Part shown: piece by piece, positions 52,110 to 64,000 of the stretch
How the letters are laid out: each line of letters starts with the position of its first letter
How positions within the stretch are numbered: position 1 is the stretch's first letter
DNA from: Schmidtea polychroa
Taxonomy: Eukaryota
Assembly: GCA_044892525.1 (NCBI GenBank)
Contig: CM097888.1
Location: 80,972,001-81,036,000 of the forward strand
DNA: 64,000 nt
Direction of reading: 5' to 3'
Notes under the pieces: model-generated
What the model saw: only the letters and a program-made list of their open reading frames with translations
Databases searched by the model: none
What the model was told of the DNA's origin: nothing
Position numbers and translations under genes: made by a program

Positions 52110-52542
52110 TCCTTACTCCATTGATAGATATTTTAACAAACAACTTAACCTTCACGCTGAGCATTGGAGCCAAATGGACTTTAGTCTATTTGATATGCGA
52201 TTTTACTTTTATGTATTAAATCTGAATTATGTTTTGGTAATTTCCTTTATTAAAGTTTAATTATGTTTTTTTGCAGTTTTTGCTATTGTGTTATTATAAT
52301 TAATAAAGATTTTTAAAAAAACTAAAATTTTGTCCGTTTTCCTTACAAAATATATCAAAATATATATGGGATCCACTTGACCACTATGGACAGACGCCGT
52401 GAAATTATCAATACACAGAATAAAGGTTTCTTTGTGTAATATATGTTTTTGCATTTCTACTATATTTGAGCTGTTTGTAAGCTTGTCTAAACCATTATCA
52501 GCCATGTAGAGTAACATCAACACTTTAATAAGTCGTTGAAGT

Positions 52543-53066
52543 CAGTGGCGTACCAAGGATTTCTGGGGCCCTTGTGCAGATTTTGGGACGCACAAAATAT
52601 TTGTCGAACGAAGTGATCCGAGGAACCAAACCATAGGCAGGCTTGGGGGAAGGTGATTAGCAACTCTCTGAGTAAATTTGCGCATTTTAAAACAGAAATA
52701 GTAGCGTTTCTGGTTGGGTTGAAAGGATATTTTGTTACTTCTCGGTATTCTCTGTATATAGAATGGGCACATGCCAGGTACCATCATGATATAATGAACA
52801 ATAATTGTTGTTATTGTCACTAATTTATTGAAACATAATTTGATATAGTTTACAACTATATCCAATATAGATTCCTAATAATATTAAATGTATAAACCGT
52901 CCAAACTGTGGTTGCTGTCTTAATAAAAACAAAACAAACGCCAAAGCGATGCTTGGTTTGATGACAATCGGGGAATTTATAATGCTCGAACGTATAAATT
53001 TTACTAATTTTTCGTCCTGGGCCCTTGTGCCGTGCACAACCTGCACAACCTATTGCTACGCCACTG
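52543..53066. mobile_element. hAT MITE
   Basis: CAGTGGCGTACCAA / TTGCTACGCCACTG; perfect TSD GTTGAAGT. Confidence 0.88.
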
Positions 53067-53202
53067 GTTGAAGTGTTTTTAATATCACTTTCACAGCTGC
53101 CAAAGTTTATTGAATATAGATTGTAAGGAGTTAGTAAATCTCTATATAGAATTATTTATTTGGATTGATAACATAATTCAGTCAATTTTGACGGGTTATA
53201 AT

Positions 53203-53504
53203 TGGTGGTGTGATTCAAAATATTTTATACCCGGTTTGCACCCTCAAAACATTTGAGAGCCTGACCGCACTCACCCAAGAAAATTAACGAAAATTTTAAA
53301 ACTAAATTCAAATTATAAATTGCAGCATGCTTCTGTAAAATATTTGAATTTCGTTTGCGATTTTTTAAATTTTTTCTTGGTAATTGTGGGAAGGCATGCT
53401 TTGGTAAAACTTTTGAATTTCGTATCTGATTGTTTACTTTGCTTTTCATTTCTTTGTTAATAGAATATAAATGGTTCCCGCGAACCAGCTGAATCCCACC
53501 ACTG
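53203..53504. mobile_element. hAT MITE
   Basis: TGGTGGTGTGATTCA / TGAATCCCACCACTG; perfect TSD GTTATAAT. Confidence 0.8.
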
Positions 53505-53843
53505 GTTATAATGTAGTTATAAAATATAACTAAAATATGACACAAAACTGTTTTAGTTAAAAAGAAAAAAGCAAAAGCTACCAAAAAGCTCTATTTCAAA
53601 GTTATAGTTCAAAAATTTAGTGGCTCAATTTAGAAAATCCATACAGTTACGGGTCCTCATTATAATATAAAAATAAATTTTATTTTCAATTCAATTAAAC
53701 AATCTAATCGTATTAAAATTATATAATAAATAAAAATCAATTATTTGCACTTCTCAACTGCTTAGTAGATTATAGTCCTTTACTTTGGTTCTTAATTCAA
53801 ATACTTAGCTAGTTATTGCACTTCAATGTCAACTCACTTACAC

Positions 53844-54075
53844 AAATTTCGGTACAAGTTCGGAATTCCCCCCCCAGCAAATCAATTAAACATACCAGTA
53901 CCTTTACGACCAGTACCCTTACGACCAATACCTTTACGAGAAGTACTCATAGAGGGAGAAAATATGTTGTCGGATAAACTCAGAGTATATATAATAAAAC
54001 GAATTAACAATAACGCCCTCCAAAAATTGGCCAATCATTTGCTGGGGGGGGGATTCCGAACTTGTATCCAAATTT
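53844..54075. repeat. 39-bp inverted repeats with C8/G9 tracts enclosing three 15-bp tandem repeats
   Basis: AAATTTCGGTACAAGTTCGGAATTCCCCCCCCAGCAAAT versus the reverse complement of 54037-54075 (3-4 mismatches); internal TACCTTTACGACCAG x3. Confidence 0.75.
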
Positions 54076-55519
54076 CTACCCTTGGTGTGAAGCATCGAGC
54101 TTCTAAGACATTGGTTTCATGTGGCTGTGTTGCTAACTTAAGCAAAAAAAGAGTTAGATGTTATACTTAGAATTCCAGGAGGTTCATAACGACTAATAAA
54201 AGGTCTCCAAATTTAATGATCTGACGAAGAAATTGATAACTAACGATTTGAAATAGATTTAATAGATTTTATTTGAGTTTTTACGTCTTGCTATTTCCTA
54301 ATTCTTTTTAGTTAAATTTAATATTTTATTTTTTGATATTGCTTTATAATTTCGAATTTATTCTTTATACGAAATCCATGACCTCTTTTGTTATGTATAC
54401 TTCTTGCTTTTATTGTTAATTTAATTTAATATTTATTATTCATTTTGTCTGCTTCCGGTATAAATATGTGTTTAATTAGTGTTCTGTGTTTCGGAGTTTT
54501 AGTAAACTTAATGTCATGTTTGCTTGTTATGTAGTTGACGCAGTTGTTGAGTTTGATGGTTGACTCAACTTGATGTGTTATATAAATAATAACATAAACA
54601 ATGATTTGATAGATATTTGTTTAAAAATAAAAATTATATTCACAGAAATGAAGTATTTTTTGTTAGTAAAATGACATAGGTTTCGTATATTTTGTTTATA
54701 CACTGTTTCCTTTTCATTGTAACTCTACCTTGACTATGTTATCTAATTTGTATGCTCTCGTGTAAACTAGTATATACAATATAAACATTTTTTTTACTTA
54801 AATTCCAATTTTTGGATCTGATCTGATTGAAATACATCATTGCACATACATAATTGTTACTTATTTTCATTATTATGTCAATCAATATAGACATTTGTCA
54901 AATTATTAATTAATTAGTGTTCTGTGTTTCGGAGTTTTAGTAAACTTAATGTCAATATAGACATTTGTTCCAAAAATAGGAATCTCATGCCCCAGAAAAC
55001 ATGTTTATCAACAATAAAATTTGTCATTATGAATTGGCACCTATACTTAAGCACTATGTGGTTTTACTTAAAATTGGCCAACAAAATTAAAAATCAAATT
55101 ATTAATTTATTATTAAACTTATAAGATATTTTAAATCAAATTTACTAAAGTTTATTAATGAAAAATGAATCAGCATAATAAATATGCCAGGCCAAATACA
55201 GTAGGCGAGCTACTGTATGGAGTGTATAATCTTCATGTATGCCTTTTTATGGATGCGGGCATAATCATCCATTAAAACTTTATAAAACTTATTTTGATAT
55301 AATATTTGATAAAATATAATTCAAATAAACTTTTCGGAATCATATAACATGAAGCTTTTATTTTACAGAAATTGGATATATTACCATCTACTGATCTTAT
55401 ATATTTATTTTAATGCAATCTGTAATTTTAATGTATGTATGATGTGTACAAATATTATAATCATCATAAATTATCATCAAAATGTTACGCTCACTTATAC
55501 AAAATATCACAATGTCATC

Positions 55520-56109
55520 GGTGAGGGTTAGAATAGTTGAATATAGAACCCAAAAAAATCGTCGCCAAACAAAAAAGGCTTTAATTGGTTAAATCGTCGC
55601 CAATGTTGAAACCCGAAAAAATCGTCGAAAACATAGTACAAAAAAATAGCCGACAATATTAAATCCTAAAAAAATAGTTTTTCCTATGTGTTCCCGATGG
55701 AATTTTAAATTGAAACTTTGCAGAGAAGTAGTCTGTCACTTTTTTACTTAGATTCCGTTGAAAAATTTACAAAAAAATATATAGTTGCGGAGATACAAAA
55801 GTCTTACCTTATATAGTAGTAGACTATCCGACAGGATGTTTTGTCCCCCTATGGGTACAGGGTATAAGGTTATAGGTCACAAGGGTATTCGTACTTTCAA
55901 CACCCGCACCCCCTCGACCATACTGAAAATTTATAATAACTAACTTTTATTAGTTAACTTTTTCCACAAAATAATTTGAATTAAATTGTCGACGATTTTT
56001 TTGGGATTTGTTGGATGTCGGATATTATTTTGGGTTTGCAGTCGGCTAATTTTTCACGATCTGTCGACTTTTTTTTTGACTTCCATATTCGACTATTCTG
56101 ACTTTTACC
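55520..56109. mobile_element. Merlin-like non-autonomous DNA transposon
   Basis: About 25-bp imperfect TIRs beginning GGT (GGTGAGGGTTAGAATAG / CTATTCTGACTTTTACC); perfect 8-bp TSD ATGTCATC; AAAATCGTCG subterminal repeats. Confidence 0.65.
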
Positions 56110-56805
56110 ATGTCATCAACATAAATTTTCAAAATAAACTGCCAATTAGATGACGTATTATTCTTTTAATTAAAAATTTGACTTCTAAAAGTTATTGTCA
56201 AATATATCAATAAATCTTTCCATCAGCTACAGATGTTCACAAAATTATATTTCTCCGAAATCCCACAAATATGGCAAATGCCACATTTATTACTTCACAT
56301 TCTAAATCATTTGGAATTTTTATATTATCTAACATAATAAAACAAATGAATAGCAATCGTATATTTTGGTCGACAGTACCATATAAATACGCTGAACCAA
56401 ACCAAGAGCTGGGAAATGTTCGTGATATAAGTTTTCATTATTTACTAAAATGACTGTATTATTATGACTGTATTTTTATTACTTTTATTTCAATTTATCA
56501 CATTTTACTTTAGTTCTAATTTTTATATAAAACCTTTCTAAGTAATTGTGATATTTCTTAATAAATATAATATTTATATTTCATTTGCTTTTAATTTGAA
56601 AATAAAATTATTTTTGTATTTTGTAAATCATAATTAAAATTTTTAATATAAAAACTAATATATTTAATTATGTTCTGTGTTTAAATTTAATAATTTGATT
56701 TATTAAAAAAAGCTCATTTAAAACTACTTATTTTAATAAATTATTTTTTTTTAAAATAAGTTAAATTCTAAATAGCATCTTACTGCCTTAAATTTTTCAT
56801 TTAAA

Positions 56806-57409
56806 ATGTCACAAGCTGGAGATCTTGATTCTGAATATGGAGAAGATAGTGCCAATTTTTGGATGCCAAAGCAATACATGCGAACTATTAAAAGATTAGA
56901 AAACTCTCATAAATTATGTCAGGATTTAATAACAATGATTGGCGAAAGAGCGGAAATTGAAAAGCATTATTCGTCAAGTCTTAAGAAATGGAATAGTAAA
57001 TGGATGGCATATCTTGAGTCAGGATCTGAATATGGAACCGCTAAACATGGTTGGCAAGCTCTTTGTACTGAGGCTTTAGAAATTGCCGATTTACATGCTG
57101 TACTAATATTTATTTGTGAATTGTTTTTATGGCTATTAGATTATTCGAACTCAACTTATTGATGACGCTCAGCCTGAAATTAAAAAATGGCAAAAAGAAC
57201 ATTACCACAAGCCTTCTATTCCTACTCAACAATTTAAAGAGGTGAAAAGTTTGGAAACAGAATTCGAAACAAATCAAAAACCTTGGGCCAAGAAACTAAA
57301 AAAATCAATTCTTATGAAAAAAGATTACTTTACAGCATGTAAACAAGAAAAATCCTCAAATATTCAATTACAAAACGCTAAAAACGATTCAACAGTAAAT
57401 TCTGACCAG
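56806..57409 (+). CDS. PACSIN: PACSIN/syndapin (F-BAR domain protein), first two coding exons; gene incomplete
   Basis: Exon 56806-57099 (SANFWMPKQYMRTIKRLENSHKLCQDL...ERAEIEKHY), a 40-nt GT-AG intron, then exon 57140-57409 (EIKKWQKEHYHK...NQKPWAKKLKK...YFTACKQEK). These match the PACSIN F-BAR motifs SFWE.GNYKRTVKR and QKPWAKKLK. Donor GTAAAT at 57410. Confidence 0.85.
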
Positions 57410-59733
57410 GTAAATTATTTTATAATAATTGACCGATATTTTTTGTATTTTTTTTTCAAATTTTAACATTATTTTAATAGAAATATATAATATGAAAAAT
57501 TTATCTAAAAAAATATAATTTTCATATTGTAAAAAATTTGTTTTCGCCGAGATTAAAAATTTACACACACAAATGCACACTTAATTTGTGTCAATTTGAT
57601 TGTGTGTTTAACATTTTATTTGAAGTTGTGTGTGTATTATTAGTTGTGTCTGAAAAATTAAAAAATTGATTTCAAAATGGAAATTGTCTGTTTATTGTTG
57701 TTACGGTGAATCAATGTTTGTTAACAAAGTATTAAATTTATAATTATCATTAATCTGCGCGTTACTTTCTGAAGGAAAACAGGCATGATTATTCAAACGT
57801 CAATAATAAAGTTTGTTTGGTTTAGTAACATTTGATTGATTATTTACACCATAGGCGGATAAAAATTAAATTTTTAAAAATTTTACGGATTCTGGAATTG
57901 TTTGGAAAAAGATCTTTTTCATTTTTAAATTTCCTTCATGTCAACTAACTTTAGATTACTAAATAGTCAGTAGTATGTGAGAAATTTTAATTAGATGTCA
58001 AATTACTGGACATTACCTCATTATGTCATTTTCAATGAGGTGTCAATGAATCCGATAAACTACTTAGAATAATTGTTTAGGATTCCTGGAACTTTCTCAT
58101 TTTTGACTGTTTTCGAAATCCACTAAATTTAGATTACTAAATAGTCAGTAGTATGTTTTTAAGAAATTATAATTAGCTGTGAATTTATTTAATATTACTT
58201 TACTCAAATACAATTTTCGATCATTGGTTATCACTAAGTGGATGTAAGTTATCACGGTGGGGTTTTCTAACTTCGGATTGTTACACAGAGCCCTAATCAA
58301 ACTCATATATTCTCCTAAATTGATTAATAATATCACGCAATTACATTCCTATGCAATATAAATAGAATATCCATAAACACCCATAATTATGTTACCGGTA
58401 TCAATGGTGTTTAATCTGTTGTTACGATGATCTTACAATCATCTATATATCCTCGAAGACCGCTAGAAGCCACTAAATATCCCTATTGGAACCAATAAGT
58501 TAGTATAAACAAACAATACAATAAAAATTTTGTTATAAACAACTCGGTAAAAAATTAAAAAAATTATTGATTATTTTAAAATTAAATTTGTAAACTGTAA
58601 AATTTGTAGCAATCAAAAATAATGATAATGAAAACGATTTTCAAACCTTTCATGCATTTTCCCAATGTGCCATTTCCGATACATCTTTATTTTTCATTTT
58701 TCCCACAGTTGATAGCTGGATAATTAAATAAAATAAAATTATTAAAAACTTGTAAATTACTGCATGATTTTTTTATATTCAATTAGCAGTTTTTCAAGTG
58801 TTTATAACAAAATAATTTATAACCAAATATATCAACTGTCAGAGTCAAGTCAAGGAAATATGTAAGAATTTAGATTAGATCGATATTAAATGAGAAAATA
58901 TAATATACGTACTTAATTCGTTCCAGTCCAAGTTCGTTGTGTGAAACGCGTTTTCCCATAACAATAAATGTTAAAAATTTTAATTCGCTTTGTAGCATCA
59001 AATATGGTACTGTAACATTAAAAAGATTCAGATTTAGGAAAGTCTATCGAGGCTTGCAGGGTCAAGTCCTCTTGTTCCATCCTTTGGTTCTTAGCTGTTG
59101 CTATTTTCAGGAATTTCTCTTCAAATCGTCATAGGTGACTTATGACAGATGATATCCTGGGTAGAGATATCACTCTTCACCTGCCTGTCTTTAATCAAAA
59201 TCACTAAGAGCTTTTACATTTTCTCGTGGAAAAGCTTTGGGACTCCCTTAGGTCACCATGGTGCATATGGTGGTCTTACTGAGACCAAACTCTTTAACCA
59301 CGTTGCATTATTTCACCCCACATTTACTCCTTCTAATTATTTCTCGTTTTATTTCAACTGAAATCGCCTTCCTGGATTTTTTAGAAGCCATAAAATAGAT
59401 ACAAGCATGAGATATGAACGACTATCGCACGTTGACGCATGTCGTGCAAGTTTATGTATCGACTACGTGCGATTTCGTGATACACAGGTGCATTCACGCG
59501 GCAAGATGAAATACGACGCAGTTTGTTGTGCGAGGCATCACTTTATATTTTCTATCAGCAAAAGCTTTTTTTACTTTATCACTTTTAAATTTTGTTGCCA
59601 TTTCCTTTTATTTTCATTTCTTGTTAGGCTATATAACGAAAATTCTTAACCAGAGAACAGTAAAAAGTTCATCCAAATTATGCTTTAAAAACCCTATGTG
59701 TAACCAATCGAATAAAGTGATTTATTTCGGAAT

Positions 59734-60059
59734 NNNNNNNNNNNNNNNNNNNNNNNNNNNNNNNNNNNNNNNNNNNNNNNNNNNNNNNNNNNNNNNNNNN
59801 NNNNNNNNNNNNNNNNNNNNNNNNNNNNNNNNNNNNNNNNNNNNNNNNNNNNNNNNNNNNNNNNNNNNNNNNNNNNNNNNNNNNNNNNNNNNNNNNNNNN
59901 NNNNNNNNNNNNNNNNNNNNNNNNNNNNNNNNNNNNNNNNNNNNNNNNNNNNNNNNNNNNNNNNNNNNNNNNNNNNNNNNNNNNNNNNNNNNNNNNNNNN
60001 NNNNNNNNNNNNNNNNNNNNNNNNNNNNNNNNNNNNNNNNNNNNNNNNNNNNNNNNNNN
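59734..60059. other. Assembly gap (326 N), probably within the PACSIN gene
   Basis: Run of N. Confidence 0.99.
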
Positions 60060-61999
60060 TTTACACGTTTATGTTTCAAAAATGGAGAAAAATCGAAGAA
60101 CTGAGGCTATTGAGGGAAAGAACGTGATTTATAGGGTTTAAACAAATGAAAATAGGGACTATATTATGCCAGCGATGATATTGTGCTTATATAATAAAAA
60201 TATTGATTTTTTAAAATTGAAAATTACTGTGAAAAACCAATCTGATAAAATACATTATTCTAAAATCCAAATATAATAAATTAATTTACAAATTTTACTA
60301 TAAAGTCCCGTAAAATCCATATTAAATACAATAAACCAGGATTGTCCACATACAATTAATAGAGTTCGATATTTATTTCCCCTTATATATACTAAATTCA
60401 CTCAAATCCACTTCTAAGTTTTTCAGTTCGAAATGCATCTTGACATCAAATTTAGGCTTTTTTGTATTTCTTTTTTTATAAATTATAATTTTCGAAACTT
60501 GCCGAAGGTTTCAGTATGAACTTTGCCAGACTGAACATTGGACAGGGCTGATTAAAACTAATAACAGTCAGCATACAAAATTTTGATTACAATTTAGCTA
60601 TTCATTTCAAAAAATAATTCAACCTTAATAATAATAATAATAATAAGTACTTTTTAATTTCATAGTTTTATTCTATTTGCTGAATCACAATCTAAGCAAT
60701 ACTTGTTAGAAAGAACAATATTTGAGTTGAATTAATATGTCAATATTGAGCCGACTTCTCTAAAAGGTCACCGGTTTGATAATGAACTTATAATTTCGCA
60801 GAATTTTCATATTTATTTACAAATTCACAATATTTTTACATTTTAAATTATTGAATTTCTGAATCATTCCCAAAAAATGTTATCGCAAAAACAACTAGTA
60901 TTGAAATTTGATTGAGAATAAATTGTAAATTGTTATTGACGAATTTACAGCTCGTGAGTAGTAATTGCACGGAATTATTGTAAAAAAATATATTTTCCAC
61001 TTGTAAATTCAGCAAAATCCACATTTTGATGTTTCCAATATTGTTCGGCTAAAATATACAAACTCTACTTTAAATCATGTTAAAATCCAGGCCTGCACAA
61101 AAGTAGTATGCTTAAGTAACTGTTAAGAAATACCAGCTGGAGTTCCCGGCGTTGTCCAGTCCAGTTGTTTTCTTTCAGTAAAAACACTAATTGCACCAAT
61201 GAATATCAGCACAAAATAAATAAGAAGTTGAAGAGTTCTACCTTTCCTACCTTTTTATCTGGATTTATTGCAGTTTTGAATGAACTTATAACTTTGGTTT
61301 TGTCTAATGAAGTGATTCAAGCTCTTCTGTGTAGTAGCTATTTATAGCTGTACAAAGTAATAACAGGCACAGAAATTGGCAGATATGGAGAAAATTATTA
61401 AAACCCAAGTTATATTTCAGGCATAATTGCATCCAAGGCCTGTTGTTGTTCTTGGTGATTTTTGGGTGTAATTATGTAGTCAGTAATCTGGGCCTGTACA
61501 AAAGAGAAAGCACTGAAAATCTTACCCAGCTTTGCCGTGGGCAGTTATTAAAGTCCAAAGTTATACTAATTTCTGGTACAAAAACTAACATAAGCATTTG
61601 AACCTAAAACATTAATAGTTAATGGCCTGGTTACTTCGCTCTCTTGATGCAAAAAATTGCAATATTTAACACCATATATTTTTTTTCATTAATTCCTCAT
61701 ACATATGCTCCAGTTTTCATAATTGTACCAAATATAATCGACATATATTAAAATGTGTCGACTAATCTTCAAGTGTGTTTTCTATTACTATCTCCCAGTT
61801 TATAAAATTATTAGGGCTCCCCAAAGAATATCTGACCTTGTTAGTTAAGGCAGTAATTTTTAAAATGATATCCTTTTATGTTTTAAGCGTATTTTGCGAC
61901 ACAATTTTCATTATTTCATTATAGCAAAACATAAGAGTAATATCACTCTTTTCTCCTATATGAACATAGATAGATAGATAGATAGATAGATATAAATAT

Positions 62000-62133
62000 T
62001 AACTTCTTTCGATTTTGACCACTGATTTCTTTTCAATCGACATTGTATTTATTAAAAGCTTGACTATGAATCAGTAAATTTATCGATGTTTTTTTCATAT
62101 TCACGAATTTCCGGGACTGCCCTTTTCAAGTGA
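62000..62133 (-). repeat. Repeat family B copy, reverse orientation, next to a (GATA)n microsatellite
   Basis: Reverse complement matches family B; (GATA)n at ~61969-61992. Confidence 0.85.
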
Positions 62134-62694
62134 TTTTAGTATTACAAGAGCGGTTAGAAATAAATTTAAATATTCCAAAATCTGCTGTGCTTTATATTTC
62201 AATATATAAATTCTAATTCAAGGTTGCAAATTTTCGTTTAATGTTAAGGTAAACCTATGAATTTATTTTTAATGTCCTTGTCATCACAAAGTTAATAACT
62301 TAAAGCTTCACGACAAAACAGACAATACAAACAATGTAATGTAAAATGGATGTGAAAACATTATTTAAAATTTTAATGAAATTAGCATATATCTATAACT
62401 AGTTTTGTTACTTATTGGTACTTTGTTGAAAGAGTAACTAATATTTGTACAGTTAATATTTGAGTAACAAATTGGTTGAATAATAAAATACATTTAATAT
62501 CATTCTTTGATGCTCTGCAACTACCAAAAATTCAATGATGATCTTAAGTTTTTCTTTTAAATGCAGGTTTATTAATATTTTTTTACTATCTTATCATTGT
62601 TTATGTACCACACTAGAGTACCTTCAAAAATATGCAAATTAGAAGATATTTGAAAATTGACATTTTGAAGAAATGAAAGCAGTTATATTTAATG

Positions 62695-63076
62695 CAGTGC
62701 TTTCCAGCCTTTTCATGCTTGTGACACACTTTTTAGACTTCCATCATTTCGCGACACAGCAAATCAGTTTTTCTTTCCGGTTGAACGCTAAAAACACGGA
62801 GAATTGTAATTTAATGAAGTTTATATGTGAAAAAAAGTCTTTTGGTTGGTTCTTTTTCTATGTTTAAATAACGAATTCCAACGATTAACTAATAAACAAG
62901 CGTTCTTGAAGCTAAAACACGACGGACTATATATGCGTATTGTATTTCAGTCTAACAAACGTTAAAAAGTTTATAAAATTAAAGGACTCTGTGGCTTTTC
63001 ATTATGTTCACGCGACACACCTATGCACCGCTGCCGACACACTAAAGTGTCGCGACACACCGGTTGGAAAGCTCTG
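62695..63076. mobile_element. hAT Charlie-type MITE
   Basis: CAGTGCTTTCCAGCC / CGGTTGGAAAGCTCTG; perfect TSD ATTTAATG; GCGACACA subterminal repeats. Confidence 0.88.
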
Positions 63077-64000
63077 ATTTAATGTAATATTAAATAATAT
63101 AAATATCAAGTTAATAAACACTTTTTCGTACCAAATCGCAAAGAACATTTAATCCTGTCCATTTCAATTCGGTCGAGGAATCAATTTCGTCACTTTCAAC
63201 ACATTCTTAGAAATTAGACAGAAACCATTCATATCTTCATATTCAGACATGTTTTAATCATTCAAAAACATTAAGATATTTTTATAAAACTAAAATGTTG
63301 CTTACTTTTCAAAACAGCAAAATTAATAACAAGAAACACACCGTTTCATTTTTAGTCTTCTATTAGCAAATAAATGTATACACTGAAAGATTAATCCATA
63401 CATACTTTTTATTGACATGTAGCAGAAGCACGAGACAAAAATCGAAATAAATTCGGTTCCGTCCACATCCTTCCAAATTACAAATGAGCATACAATCTTA
63501 ATTTTACTGTGCTTTGGTATATTTTCTATTTGGCCACGAAATATGTCACTTCGACATGACGTATTAATTGTCTACTTATAGCAGATGTAAATTATGTAAT
63601 CTATAAAATTACTCGTCTACACTTAACGCATATTAATTTGTGAAAATGGTTCTCATCTGAGTCCAAACATGTTTAAACATGTATTTCCTATCTAGTAGAA
63701 ATATCTGATACTACAGTTATTACCGTTATTAAAGAAGTTACTATTATATTAAAAATAAAAATCCTATATTTCTCGCAAAATTTGAAAAGTTGGATCTAAA
63801 AGATGGGTTAAAATTAATAATAATAATTAAAGTTGGAAAAGTGACATTCCAATAAATGGGACCACAAAAATCTTCAATTTTAACAATTTATTTTATCTCC
63901 AGTTTTAAACCAACATGGGAATTTTCTGCTAATAATATAATGCCATACAATATTTGATTTAACTGTTTAAATACTACGTTTGAAAGAGTACTGGACAGAA

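Noticed and set aside
59528-60127. ORFs spanning N runs (also 28398-28589)
   Set aside because: Artefacts of translating assembly gaps.
61090-61700. GC-richer stretch with weak Jockey-type RT resemblance
   Set aside because: Many stops; similarity limited to a few residues.

Overview
Very AT-rich eukaryotic (most likely ciliated invertebrate) genomic DNA, not prokaryotic. About 51 kb is occupied by one minus-strand axonemal outer-arm dynein heavy chain gene (DNAH5/DNAH8 family). I traced 45 exons by hand from the ATG at 51611 to 920 (13,088 coding nt, phase-consistent throughout); the last ~290 aa must lie left of the window. A PACSIN/syndapin F-BAR gene starts divergently on the plus strand at 56806, with 2 exons identified. 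Dynein introns are either 42-56 nt or 0.57-5.7 kb. The long introns and the intergenic region hold many DNA transposons and MITEs with recognisable TIRs and target-site duplications: many hAT families plus piggyBac-, MULE-, Merlin-, Tc2- and Helitron-like elements and a Gypsy relic. The most unusual observations are an apparent non-canonical GA-AG intron in dynein, a frameshifted CWC22 spliceosome-gene fragment antisense inside a dynein intron, a stop-free in-frame micro-intron with a NAGNAG acceptor, several nested insertions, and an unclassified ~150-bp dispersed repeat. Two assembly gaps are present (28414-28573, 59734-60059). No CRISPR array, rRNA or intact tRNA gene was seen.
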